64,000 nucleotides of DNA, taken from the NCBI GenBank assembly GCA_035193785.1, contig CP136572.1:3572578-3636577 (forward strand), read 5' to 3'. Under the pieces are notes generated by a model. The model was not told the origin of the DNA. It saw nothing but the letters and a program-made list of their open reading frames with translations, and made no database searches. Source of the stretch: Planktothrix sp. GU0601_MAG3. Lineage in GTDB: Bacteria; Cyanobacteriota; Cyanobacteriia; Cyanobacteriales; Microcoleaceae. Position numbers and translations under genes: made by a program. Below, piece after piece: positions 36,042-47,542 of this stretch. Every line of letters starts with the position of its first letter. Positions within the stretch are counted from its first letter, which is position 1.

Positions 36042-37301
36042 ATGCGATCGCGAGCAATTCGAGAAGGTTCTGTAGGTTTATTAATCTTGTTAGGATTTGG
36101 TTTACTCGGAGCCGTGCTTTTATGGCTGAAAAATATTAGTTTAGGTAGTCGCAGTTATACAATTATTGCAGAATTTCCAGATGCCTCTGCATTACAAATC
36201 GGAACAGTTGTCCGGTATCGAGGAGTTAAAGTGGGTCGATTGGTTGAACTTAAAGCTTCCTTAAATTCTGTCGATGCTATTTTAGAAATTACACCCAGTA
36301 GTTTTATTATTCCTCGAAATGTGATGATTCAATCTAACCAGATTGGTTTATTAAATGAAGGATATATTGATATTATTCCTAGGGAAAAAATTTCACAAAC
36401 CATTGAAAATGCCGACCCTCTGAGTCCCGATTGTCCTAAAGTAATTCTCTGTAATAATACGCGAATTTCTGGGGAATTGGGAATTGATATTATGAAACTG
36501 ATTGGGAGTTTATATCAATTTGCAGAAATCTATGGAAATCCTGAATTATTTGCCAACTTAAATTCCGCAGCAAAGTCCAGTTCTAGTGCAGCCCAAGAAG
36601 CTATAAAATTAAGTGTAAAAATATCAGAGTTTTTGTCTGTTACCCAGTCAGAAATTGAACAATTAAATGCGTCTGTGGGTACGGGAATAGGAGGGTTAAA
36701 TCAATCAGTGAGTCAAGGAGTTAATGCCTTAACTTCAGAAATGTCTAATCTTTCAACTGTTCTTCAAAAAGATACAAAAGAAGTCGCACAAGCGACTATT
36801 AGTTCTGCAAATTCTGTCAGTCGGGCGGCAAATCAAGTGGGCGCTCTTAGTAATCAATTTAATGGCTTATTGGCGAATAATCGCTCTAGTTTAGTTTCTA
36901 CTTTAGAAAATATTAATCAAACCACCAAAGAATTAAGTGTTTTAGTCGGAAGTCTAAACCCGATTATGACTCAATTAGAGCAGGCTAATATTATTAAAAA
37001 TTTAGAAGCAGCATCAGCAAATGCAGAAGCAGCATCAGCTAACCTGAGAAATTTATCTAAAGGAGTAAGTGACCCGGAAAATTTAATCCTAATTCAACAA
37101 ACTTTGAATTCCAGCCGCAATACCCTCCAAACCCTGGAAAAAATTAGTGAAGATGTGAACCAATTAACCGGAGATGAACAATTGCAAAATAACCTGAAAA
37201 ACTTAATTAATGGTTTGGGGAGATTATTCAACTCAACCCAACGTTTAGAACAACAAAAATCAATATCGGAAAGATTAGAAACCTCTCGCAGCAGCAGTTG
37301 A
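36042..37301 (+). CDS. MlaD/MCE family lipid-transport protein (may extend to about 37464 if a frameshift is corrected)
   Basis: REGSVGLL TM anchor, VRYRGVKVG, GLLNEGYIDIIP, helical C-terminal tail. Confidence 0.85.
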   Translation: MRSRAIREGSVGLLILLGFGLLGAVLLWLKNISLGSRSYTIIAEFPDASALQIGTVVRYRGVKVGRLVELKASLNSVDAILEITPSSFIIPRNVMIQSNQIGLLNEGYIDIIPREKISQTIENADPLSPDCPKVILCNNTRISGELGIDIMKLIGSLYQFAEIYGNPELFANLNSAAKSSSSAAQEAIKLSVKISEFLSVTQSEIEQLNASVGTGIGGLNQSVSQGVNALTSEMSNLSTVLQKDTKEVAQATISSANSVSRAANQVGALSNQFNGLLANNRSSLVSTLENINQTTKELSVLVGSLNPIMTQLEQANIIKNLEAASANAEAASANLRNLSKGVSDPENLILIQQTLNSSRNTLQTLEKISEDVNQLTGDEQLQNNLKNLINGLGRLFNSTQRLEQQKSISERLETSRSSS

Positions 37302-37617
37302 AAAAACCCAGGTTACACTCTCAAATATCGATCAATCTTCAGCCATAAAACAGCCTGGGTTTGAAGCAAATGAAAGGCTAAATCAACTGATGAATCCTGC
37401 TACGGGTTATTCTATTAATCAAAATAAAAAATTTGTTTCTCAATCCCAATTTAATCAGGAATAGGGAAAAATTACCACTACCTTTACTTATAAACAGAAA
37501 AGTCATCTTCCGATTTGCGATCGCTATTTTAGCTAACTTCATAAAATATTGATTTTATATAGCGATTTGGGGTTGAATCGTTATCTCCAAAAACTTGTTG
37601 ATGTTAAAAAATCTTGA

Positions 37618-37926
37618 TTAGAGTAAAGTCAATTCTTTTTTAACAACTGTAATTTGTTTTAAGGTTAATGAATAATGCTTTAATGCGTACCCAAATTTTG
37701 ATTTTTGATTTACTATTACCAGTTTCCCTGTATAAGTTTCCTCACCTACTTTACAATATTGAATACCATTACCACCAGTATCGCCACCAATTAAAGTAAT
37801 ATTTTTGTCTGTAAAACGTTGTCGAACATACTCAAGTAAGTCATCTTCAATAATTTCTTTTATATCGTCCCTTGTAGGAATACCTTCTCTTTCTTCAATG
37901 CCATTTGAACTAATAATTAAATACAT
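37618..37926 (-). CDS. hypothetical protein
   Basis: AT-rich 102-aa ORF with no recognised motif. Confidence 0.5.
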   Translation of the reverse strand: MYLIISSNGIEEREGIPTRDDIKEIIEDDLLEYVRQRFTDKNITLIGGDTGGNGIQYCKVGEETYTGKLVIVNQKSKFGYALKHYSLTLKQITVVKKELTLL

Positions 37927-37965
37927 AAATAATCCTAATTAAATAAATATTTGTGTTTATCTGCT

Positions 37966-38184
37966 TTAAAAATATTGATTTGCCTTGTCTTTCTCTAACA
38001 TTTTTCCAAGTATATGAGCGGCTTCAAAAGCATCATAAGGTGACCAAATTTCGTAAGTTTGTCCATCTTTGAGGGGGGAAAGAGTTTCTTCTTTCGCTAA
38101 TTCCGATGTCAAAAACTCGATCGCTAGTAACTTGTCAGCGCGAGACAAACTTTGAAGCAGTGGTAATAAGTCAGTTACAATCAT
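37966..38184 (-). CDS. small hypothetical protein (antitoxin-like)
   Basis: LSRADKL..IEFL..ELAKEE...YEIWSPYDAFEAA pattern resembles small cyanobacterial proteins. Confidence 0.6.
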   Translation of the reverse strand: MIVTDLLPLLQSLSRADKLLAIEFLTSELAKEETLSPLKDGQTYEIWSPYDAFEAAHILGKMLEKDKANQYF

Positions 38185-38304
38185 GGAACTAGCTGCTTGA
38201 GGCGTTTACAGTAACATTATAACATCACAGAATTGGACTAATTATAGTGGAAAATAGACATCCTCTATTAACCCAGCAGAAAAATAATAAAAACCCATTC
38301 ATAC

Positions 38305-38343
38305 AAAAACCCCCTACCGATTTATCACTGGAAGGGGGTTTTT
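38305..38343 (-). terminator. terminator downstream of the 5S rRNA
   Basis: AAAAACCCCC...GGGGGTTTTT inverted repeat about 10 nt past the 5S 3' end. Confidence 0.75.
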
Positions 38344-38352
38344 GATTATTAA

Positions 38353-38469
38353 CCTGGCACCGAGCTATTTTCCCAGAAGGCTACCCTCCAAGTATCTTCG
38401 CCGTATCAGCGTTTCACTTCCGAGTTCGAGATGGATCGGAGTGGTTCCACTGAGCCATAGGCACCAGGA
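38353..38469 (-). rRNA. rrf: 5S ribosomal RNA (stand-alone)
   Basis: Reverse complement TCCTGGTGCCTATGGC...CGAACTCGGAAGTGAAACG...GGTGCCAGG, about 117 nt, with a pairing terminal helix. Confidence 0.95.
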
Positions 38470-38545
38470 AAGCTCTACAAACTTTTACCTGGGTTTGAGG
38501 TTTGCAGCCGTTTGTGTTTTGCTTGCTTGCCTCTCACAATTTACT

Positions 38546-38574
38546 AATGTACTCGCTTTTTCTAGGAATGTCAA
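38546..38574 (-). promoter_or_regulatory. sigma70-type promoter for the 5S rRNA
   Basis: Minus strand TTGACA-17 bp-TACATT, with A/T tracts upstream resembling an UP element. Confidence 0.8.
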
Positions 38575-38708
38575 CCCCTTTTTTGAAAAAAAATTAAAAT
38601 CCCTCAAACCCATACTATTCAGCGTTTCTAGGATTGGGGAGCAGCCCTCAACCCCAAATATGGCAGAATAGAAAGGACTGTCTAAAATTGCCCAACTTGT
38701 CCAAACCC

Positions 38709-41700
38709 ATGACTGCAACGACTCCCACCCAAGCCACAAAATACGAACCCTTTAGTACCGAAGCCAAATGGCAACAGTATTGGGAAGCCCATCAGGTGTT
38801 TAAAGCTGACCCCAACCAACCCGGGGAACCCTATTGTATTATGATTCCCCCCCCCAACGTTACGGGAAATCTCCATATCGGTCATGCCTTTAATAACTCC
38901 TTGATTGATGCCCTGATTCGCTATCATCGGATGAAGGGTCATAACGCGCTGTATTTACCGGGGATGGATCACGCCAGCATTGCAGTCCAAACAATTTTAG
39001 AACGACAACTCAAAGCCGAAGGAAAAACCCGCGACGATTTAGGACGAGAAAAATTTTTACAACGAGCTTGGGAATGGAAGGAAGAATCCGGCGGCACTAT
39101 TGTTAATCAGTTGCGACGGTTAGGGGTTTCTTGTGATTGGACGCGGGAAACGATTTACCCTAGATGAAGGATTATCAAAAGCGGTATTAGAAGCCTTTAT
39201 TAGATTATATGAAGATGGGTTAATTTATCGGGGAAAATATTTAGTTAATTGGTGCCCGGCGAGTCAATCGGCGGTATCAGATTTAGAAGTAGAAAATAAA
39301 GAAGTTGATGGGAATTTGTGGCATTTTCGCTATCCTTTAACCGATGGTAGTGGTTATGTAGAAGTAGCAACCACCCGACCGGAAACCATGTTAGGGGATA
39401 CGGCGGTGGCGGTGAATCCCAAGGATATTCGCTATAAAGATTTAATTGGAAAAACGGTAATTTTACCGATTATTAAACGGGAAATTCCGATTATTGGGGA
39501 TGATTTTGTTGATCCGAAGTTTGGCACGGGTTGTGTTAAAGTAACTCCCGCCCATGATCCGAATGATTTTCAAATGGGTCAACGGCATCAACTGCCGATG
39601 ATTAATATTATGAATCAGGATGGCTCCTTAAATGAAAATGCCGGGCCATTTGCCGGACAGGATCGATTTGTTGCACGAAAAAATCTGATTCAATTCCTTA
39701 AAGATAAGGGATTTTTAGTTAAAATTGAAGACTATAAACATACAGTTCCCTATAGCGATCGCGGTAAAGTTCCGGTGGAACCGCTATTATCAACCCAATG
39801 GTTTGTTAAGATTCGTCCTTTGGCAGATAAGGCGTTAAATTGTTTAGATGAACAGGATGCTCCCGTCTTTGTTCCTGACCGTTGGACGAAGGTTTATCGA
39901 GATTGGTTAGTCAAATTAGATGATTGGTGTATCTCTCGACAATTGTGGTGGGGGCATCAAATTCCGGCTTGGTATGCTATTAGTGAAACGGGCGGTAAAA
40001 TTACCGATAACACGCCGTTTGTTGTTGGCAGAAATGAAGCAGAAGCCCGGGAAAAAGCGATCGCCAAATTCGGAAAAACCGTAATTTTAGAACAAGATCC
40101 TGATGTTTTAGATACCTGGTTTTCCTCCGGTTTATGGCCGTTTTCCACCTTGGGATGGCCGGAAGAAACCTTAGATTTAAGCAAATATTATCCCACCAGT
40201 ACCCTCTCAACGGGGTTTGATATTATCTTTTTCTGGGTTGCCAGAATGACAATGATGGGGGCATATTTTACCGATAAAATGCCATTTAAAACCGTATATA
40301 TCCACGGGTTAATCCGAGATGAAAATGGTAAGAAAATGTCAAAATCCGCCGGAAACGGTATTGATCCGTTATTACTGATTGATAAATACGGAACCGATGC
40401 GGTGCGGTTTACCTTAATGAAAGAAGTGATTGGGGCAGGCCAGGATATTCGCTTAGAATATAATCGAGAAACCGACGAATCTGCATCTGTTGAAGCCTCT
40501 CGAAATTTTGCCAATAAACTCTGGAATGCCTCTCGGTTTGTGATGATGAATTTAGACGGGAAATCTCCCAAACAGTTAGGAGAACCCAATATTAATCAAC
40601 TAGAACTGAGTGATAAATGGATTTTATCTCGCTTTAACCAAACCGTAAAACAAACCCGTGAGGATATGGATAATTACGGTATTGGTGAAGCGGCCAAAGG
40701 CATTTATGAGTTTATTTGGGGAGATTTTTGTGATTGGTATATTGAATTAGCTAAACCCCGTTTACAAGGAGAAAATAACGCCTCTCGTCACGTTTCCCAA
40801 CAAACCTTAGCTTATGTTTTAGAAGGAATTTTAAAACTTCTCCATCCATTTATGCCCCATATTACCGAAGAAATATGGCATAGTTTAACCCAAACCGGAG
40901 AAGAAACTTGTTTAGCGTTGCAACCCTATCCGGTGGTGGTGGAAGATAATGTATTAGACCTGGAAGTGCAACGGTTAGGAAAGTTTGTCAATGATCCTGA
41001 TTCAATTGTAGGTCAATCAATCGGAATTTTACTGGAATTACCAGAAGTTTTGGGAGGGTTTTTTAAACAATATCAAAAACCCCTAATTCTGACCGGGCTA
41101 TTTTTCGTTGCTTTTTTAACCATTAAATGCTTTGCTGCGGCGTTAAATGCGATTAATGAGTTACCCCTATTACCGACAATTTTTGAACTAATTGGGATGG
41201 GATATTCCGGTTGGTTTGTTTATCGTTATTTAGTGAAAGCGTCACAACGGGAGGAACTTGGGAAGATTTTACAGGAGTTAAAAACGGAATTTATCGGTAG
41301 TTCAAAAGTAGATAAAACCCCAGAATTTCCTAACATTGATTCCGCAATTTGTCAAGAGCCATCTAGTGAAATCACAGGAATCATTGATCCGAAATTAGAG
41401 GCGGATTTTGAGTTAATTATTGGGGCAATTCGTACCGTCCGAAATTTACGCGCGGAGGCAGATATTAAACCCAAAGTTAAGGTTAACGCCATTCTGCAAA
41501 GCGAAAGCAGTAAAGAACAGCAAATCTTGAAACAAGGACAAACCTATATTCAAGAATTAGGGAAAGTAGAGGAATTAACCATTACCGAAAAATTAACCGG
41601 AAATGAAGGTCAAACCATTGCGGGAGTAGTGGGAAACTGTGCAAGTATTAATGCCCTTAGCAGGGGTAGTTGATTTAGTCGCATTTCAAACGAAATTGCA

Positions 41701-41878
41701 GAAAAAATTGGCAAAAGTAGAAAAAGAAATTCAAGGGTTGCAACGGAATTTGAATAACCCAAATTTCGTTAACCGTGCGGAACCAGAAGTCGTCGAAAAT
41801 ACCCGCAATAGTTTAGCAGAAGCAGAAAAACAAGCAGAAATTCTCCAAGAAAGGTTAAGTAAATTGGGGAACAGTTAA
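38709..41878 (+). CDS. valS: valyl-tRNA synthetase with CAAD (CURT1-like) membrane insertion (frameshifts near 39150 and 41635)
   Basis: [27 protein letters not shown] insert near 41030-41300 ([27 protein letters not shown]). Confidence 0.95.
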
Positions 41879-41921
41879 TTACGAATTACGAATTACGAAT
41901 TACGAATTACGAATTACGAAT
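41877..41921. repeat. STRR heptamer array (AATTACG)n
   Basis: Directly visible after the valS stop. Confidence 0.9.
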
Positions 41922-41978
41922 TTAAGAAGATGACGCAGATTAACACAAATTAAAATCCGTGAAATCCGCGAAATCCTC

Positions 41979-43382
41979 TTAAATCCGTGATCCTCCCATA
42001 CAAGACCTTAAAAACCGGGTAGGAATATCAATCCTATTTCCCCAATGGAGATGTAAATAAGACCCATGAACATTAGAACAATTTCCCCAACCTTCTAATA
42101 CAGAGGCAGTGTTTTGCGATGACATAAAACGCTGCATTTCATATAAAGGATCAGACGAGTTTTCTATCAGTTCCGACCGATGAAACTCATGGCCAGTAAT
42201 GATTTCTCCCTCTAATAATAAAGGAGTATTTTTTAAAACCTTTGCCTGATAATACCCTAATTTTAAGCGTTTTCCCATAACCGCAGTCGTTGGTAATATG
42301 CCCACCATTGACCAAGCATTATTTTCAAAATCAATAATCTTTTCACACAAATACATTAACCCTCCACATTCTGCATAGGTAGATATTCCTGATAAAATAG
42401 CGGTTTTAACTGCATTTAAAACAGCCTGATTTTGACTTAATTCTTCAGCAAATACCTCGGGAAAACCCCCGCCAAAATATAATCCTTTAATATCGGTCGG
42501 AAGTTGATCATCCTTCAACGGACTCCATTCAATTAATTCCGCACCCAACTGTTGTAAAATCTCTAAATTATCAGCATAATAAAAATTAAATGCCGCATCC
42601 TTGGCGATCGCAATTCTAATCGGTTGATAGTTATGTTCAACCCATAGCTTAGGGATAGAATTTTCCTGCTTAACTGGATGACTAAGATCAGAAATTGGAG
42701 TATTTTTTAATAAAGGTAATAATTGTTCCCAGTCAAACCAATTTTCAGCTAATTCAGCTAACTCTTGAATGAATAAATCCATCTGGGGGAGTTCATTCGT
42801 AGGAATTAACCCCAAATGGCGATCGGGAATCACAATATTTTCCTGTCTTTTAATCGTTCCTATAATCGGAATATTCAGAGGTGCTAAGAAGGATTGTAAC
42901 AGTTCTAAATGGCGATCGCTTCCCACTTTATTTAAAACCAAACCCGCTAATTTGATATTAGGATTAAAGTTTTTAAAACCCAATGCGATCGCGGCAATAG
43001 AACCGGATAATCGACTACAATCTAAGACTAAAATTACTGGTAAATCAAGAATTAAGGCAATCTGAGCCGTTGAAGCAATCGCAACCTTTTCCCCATTAGG
43101 AATCCCATCAAATAGACCCATAACTCCTTCAATTAAACCATAATCGCAGGTCTGAATATGTTGATCATAACAGGCTTTAATATAGGATTCTGAAGTTAAA
43201 ATCGAATCTAAATTATAACAAGGCTTACCCGTAACATAGTGATGAAACATGGGATCAATATAATCGGGGCCAACCTTAAAAGATTGGATATTAGAATTGT
43301 GTTTTTTCAAATAGGATAAAATAGCTAGTGTAATTGTGGTTTTCCCAACTCCACTCCGTTCTCCAGCAACAATAAGCGTCAT
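41979..43382 (-). CDS. cobB: cobyrinate a,c-diamide synthase
   Basis: SGVGKTT, KVGPDYID, EGVMGLFD, GGGFPE, YAECGG, GHEFH, SYLHLHW. Confidence 0.92.
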   Translation of the reverse strand: MTLIVAGERSGVGKTTITLAILSYLKKHNSNIQSFKVGPDYIDPMFHHYVTGKPCYNLDSILTSESYIKACYDQHIQTCDYGLIEGVMGLFDGIPNGEKVAIASTAQIALILDLPVILVLDCSRLSGSIAAIALGFKNFNPNIKLAGLVLNKVGSDRHLELLQSFLAPLNIPIIGTIKRQENIVIPDRHLGLIPTNELPQMDLFIQELAELAENWFDWEQLLPLLKNTPISDLSHPVKQENSIPKLWVEHNYQPIRIAIAKDAAFNFYYADNLEILQQLGAELIEWSPLKDDQLPTDIKGLYFGGGFPEVFAEELSQNQAVLNAVKTAILSGISTYAECGGLMYLCEKIIDFENNAWSMVGILPTTAVMGKRLKLGYYQAKVLKNTPLLLEGEIITGHEFHRSELIENSSDPLYEMQRFMSSQNTASVLEGWGNCSNVHGSYLHLHWGNRIDIPTRFLRSCMGGSRI

Positions 43383-43477
43383 AATCTAACAATTTGAGTT
43401 AATAAAGTCTGAGAAATAGTTTTTTTTGCGAGTCCGATTTTTACCTTTCATGCGGGGAAGTTCACCCCTAAAGCTAA

Positions 43478-44260
43478 TTATAAAAATCGCCAAAGATAAG
43501 CAAAAAAGATCGCCACGATCGCCCCAATCAAAGTATTAATAAAATTAACAATTTCATTGGTTAACCATGTCCATTTTGTTTGTAAAGTTGCCCCAATTAC
43601 ACTTTCTAAATTAGTAGCAATAAACGCCGCCATCACACTCCAAATAATCCCCCAAACATCAATTAAGCCGATAGTCCAAGCCAACAAAGAAACAACAATA
43701 GAAGCCACCACCCCAGCCAAAGTTCCCTCCAAACTCACAGCCCCTTCCGTACCTTTAGGAACAGGTTTCAAGGTAGTAATTAAAAAAGTCTTCTGACCGT
43801 AGGCTTTGCCAATTTCACTGCCACAGGTGTCGGATAATTTTGTACTAAAACTAGCAACATATCCTAATAATAATAACGGAATCCAAGATTGGATTTCAAC
43901 GGCATCAGGAAACAATAATTGTAGGAAAAATACCCCTAACCCACATAACATCCCCGTTAACGCCGAACCCCAGACATTTTCTGGCCCCCGGGCGCCCCCG
44001 CGTTTTTCCGCAATTCCCGCGGCTTCCTTTTCGGCTTTACCAATTCGGGTTACACCCGAACCCACTAAAAAATAGAACACCACAATCAAATAACCCCGCC
44101 AACCCAAACACCCCCAAATCAGCACTCCCAATATCCAAGCATGAACCCATCCGGCGGGGGTTAATAACTTTTTGGCGACTATCACCCCTAAACTAATTAA
44201 AACTGTATTTAAAGCGATCGCAAATAACCAAGGATTAAGCGACACTAATTCATAAATCAT
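43478..44260 (-). CDS. DUF92/TIGR00297 membrane protein (VTE6-like)
   Basis: RGPENVWGS, KLSDTCGSEIGK, GTEGAVSLEGT, ESVIGATLQ. Confidence 0.85.
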   Translation of the reverse strand: MIYELVSLNPWLFAIALNTVLISLGVIVAKKLLTPAGWVHAWILGVLIWGCLGWRGYLIVVFYFLVGSGVTRIGKAEKEAAGIAEKRGGARGPENVWGSALTGMLCGLGVFFLQLLFPDAVEIQSWIPLLLLGYVASFSTKLSDTCGSEIGKAYGQKTFLITTLKPVPKGTEGAVSLEGTLAGVVASIVVSLLAWTIGLIDVWGIIWSVMAAFIATNLESVIGATLQTKWTWLTNEIVNFINTLIGAIVAIFFAYLWRFL

Positions 44261-44278
44261 AAATTCGATCTCAAAACC

Positions 44279-44708
44279 ATGAATAAAACATTATTCCATC
44301 TTGCCTTTCCCGTGAACAATATCGCACAAACTAAAGCCTTTTATGGGGAGGGGTTAGGCTGCGAAATCGGTCGAGAAACCCGCAATTCCATAATTATGAA
44401 CCTTTACGGCCATCAAATTGTCGCCCATGTCGGTCAAGAACCCCTCACACCCCAAAATGGGATTTATCCCCGACACTTTGGGTTAATCTTTACCTGCGAG
44501 ACGGACTGGGAAACCCTCTTAGACCGCGCCCAAAAAAAACACCTAAAATTTTACCAAGAAACCCAAACGCCGTTTTCCGAGTTTACCCACAGAACACCGC
44601 ACTTTTTTCCTGGAAGATCCCTTTTATAATCTATTGGAATTCAAATATTACTGTCATCCCGAAGCCGTATTTGGCTGTAACGAATACGCCCAGGTGGGAG
44701 ACCTTTAA
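44279..44708 (+). CDS. VOC/glyoxalase family protein (frameshift near 44560)
   Basis: FHLAFPV, GHQIVAH, PRHFG; shifted frame gives FFLEDPFYNLLEFK. Confidence 0.85.
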
Positions 44709-45340
44709 AGGGTAGCGGGTGACACCGAACGGGTCAAGGTTTTGAGGGGTGAACTTAAGGCTTTCTCAACTAACGCTAAACTCTTAGGATCATTCACCAT
44801 CCAAGCATGAAGAAAAACATTAACCGTGAATTCTTCACCAATAGGCATTTGAGAACTTTGGGCTGGGACAATCATCCCATCCAAAGGTGTCCAAATCGAG
44901 GTAAAATTGATCGAGTCTAGGACTTCTAAATCCCGATTTAAGTCTTCTAAAAACGGACTATGGGAACGCATTTGAGATGCAGCCAAGGTGGGGTAAAGAT
45001 ATCCCGTTAAGGTTCCGTGATGGGGGGAGGAAATCGTGATCAGACGTTGGACTCGCTCAATTCCTCCCAAGCGTTGGACATAATAACGACTGACAATTCC
45101 TCCCATACTAAACCCGATTAAATCAATCGGTTGTTCGGGGGGGAAGGTTCGAGTCACATACTCTGCAACTTGTTGGGCTAAGGCTTCTAACCCAAATCGG
45201 CCGTCATTGGGAAGCAAATTCAGACTGTGAACATCCCATCCCCGTTTAGTTAGATGGGCGGTCATGGTCTTAAAAATTGCTTTGGTATCAAACATACCGT
45301 GAATTAGTAAAACCGGATTGCGAACAGTGCTGTTATTCAT
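44705..45340 (-). CDS. alpha/beta-hydrolase (lipase/esterase)
   Basis: LLIHG oxyanion motif, GFSMGG nucleophile elbow, SPHHGT. Confidence 0.88.
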   Translation of the reverse strand: MNNSTVRNPVLLIHGMFDTKAIFKTMTAHLTKRGWDVHSLNLLPNDGRFGLEALAQQVAEYVTRTFPPEQPIDLIGFSMGGIVSRYYVQRLGGIERVQRLITISSPHHGTLTGYLYPTLAASQMRSHSPFLEDLNRDLEVLDSINFTSIWTPLDGMIVPAQSSQMPIGEEFTVNVFLHAWMVNDPKSLALVEKALSSPLKTLTRSVSPATL

Positions 45341-45532
45341 AGGATTTAAAATTAAATTAATTTGGTTCTAACTTAGACTATCACGGGACATTATTGATTC
45401 ACCTTGAGGACAGTCATAGAATTGGTTGGCCGTTGACGACTAAACCAGATTCTGAGAAATCTGTAAATAAATGCAAATAGATGGGAGATTTTTTACCTCA
45501 ACCTTGGGAAATCGGCGGTTTTGTTTCAACAA

Positions 45533-45550
45533 AATGTAACAATATGTAAA
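45533..45550 (-). promoter_or_regulatory. HLR1 (RpaB-binding) direct repeat upstream of apcG
   Basis: Reverse complement TTTACATA-TT-GTTACATT matches (G/T)TTACA(T/A)(T/A)-N2-(G/T)TTACA(T/A)(T/A) exactly. Confidence 0.7.
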
Positions 45551-45638
45551 TTTTTGTAGACAAATCTTTCATTTTTCCCTAGTCTGAATTTAGGGCTAAG
45601 GCTTTAAAATTCCTAAAAATACTGACGGAGTAAGCATA

Positions 45639-45987
45639 ATGTTAAATAAAATTTTCGGTTCCAAGAAAAAAGATGACTATTATTTAGAGTTTGGCGATGC
45701 TCAAGATAAAAAAGCACCCCCAGCCGAGTCTACACCCGCACCTCAAGCTAAACCAGTAGCAGCTAAACCAGCAGCAGCTAAACCACAAACCACGACCGTT
45801 GCTCCTCCTCCTCCTCAACCAGCCCCAGTTAAGGAAACCCGCCCCCCTTAACCCCCAGGTAAAAACACCTGCTGGGATGAACTTTTCTACGGAATATTTG
45901 ATGCCCCAAACCTCCACCCCCCGTCGTCGGCCAGGGCCGAGTCTGGCGATGTTCAAAGATATGGCAAATCAGATGAATCGCCCCTAA
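45639..45987 (+). CDS. apcG: phycobilisome core linker ApcG-like protein (frameshift near 45845)
   Basis: MLNKIFGSKK..YYLE N-terminus, Pro/Ala-rich linker and RRRPGPSL.MFKDMA.Q C-terminus resemble Synechocystis Sll1873/ApcG. Confidence 0.7.
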
Positions 45988-46046
45988 TTAGCAAGTTTTA
46001 CCCATTAACCTCTCTAGCTATCTGCATCAGACTGGGGAGGTTAATG

Positions 46047-46110
46047 GTTTTTTGGGCTTTTGGGCTTTTGGGCTTTTGGGTTTTTGGGTTTTTGGGTTTT
46101 TGGGTTTTTT
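46047..46110. repeat. octamer tandem repeat (TTTTGGGY)n
   Basis: Directly visible in the hetR upstream region. Confidence 0.9.
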
Positions 46111-46409
46111 TGATTTTTGATGGGTTGACCCCAATTAATACCACCTCTAATATGGGGCGGAATAAGCTGTTGTCGGTAATATTTGAGATAGAATAGACTT
46201 GTGTGATCAACCAATTAATATTGGAACCCTGAGTGCCAAGGGTGCTAAATAATCTACTTAATTTTGATAGGCTAATCAACAATGTACCCATTGCCTACCG
46301 ACCCATCAGTGGTGCAGTCGTTGGTTTGTTGCCGTGATCAACTTGAGCATTTTGTAGGTGACTGGAATCCCTTCAGTCTCCTTTGTGCTCAGGGCTAAAG
46401 CCAAGCTAA

Positions 46410-47336
<927 letters not shown>

Positions 47337-47359
47337 AACTACCCAGAATTCTACGGGGA

Positions 47360-47472
47360 TATGGTGCTACGCATTAAAGTTAGGACACTTCTAAATCCAG
47401 CAAACTCATTCCCTGTTCCCTGTTCCCTGTTCCCTGTTCCCTGTTCCCTGTTCCCTAGTGCGTAGCGCTATA
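47360..47472. mobile_element. MITE-like element with internal (CCCTGTT)n
   Basis: Imperfect TIRs TATGGTGCTACGCA / TGCGTAGCGCTATA; core shared with 52070-52199. Confidence 0.6.
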
Positions 47473-47493
47473 GCATCTGATAGAACAGAAGCA

Positions 47494-47521
47494 GTAGGGG
47501 CGAATGACCATTTGCCCCTAC
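47494..47521. repeat. GTAG-type REP palindrome
   Basis: GTAGGGGCGAAT...ATTTGCCCCTAC. Confidence 0.7.
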
Positions 47522-47542
47522 TTGATTAGGACTATTAGAAAA

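Noticed and set aside
38342..38739. ORFs of 109 aa (+) and 84 aa (-)
   Set aside because: They overlap the 5S rRNA gene and its promoter and are shadow ORFs
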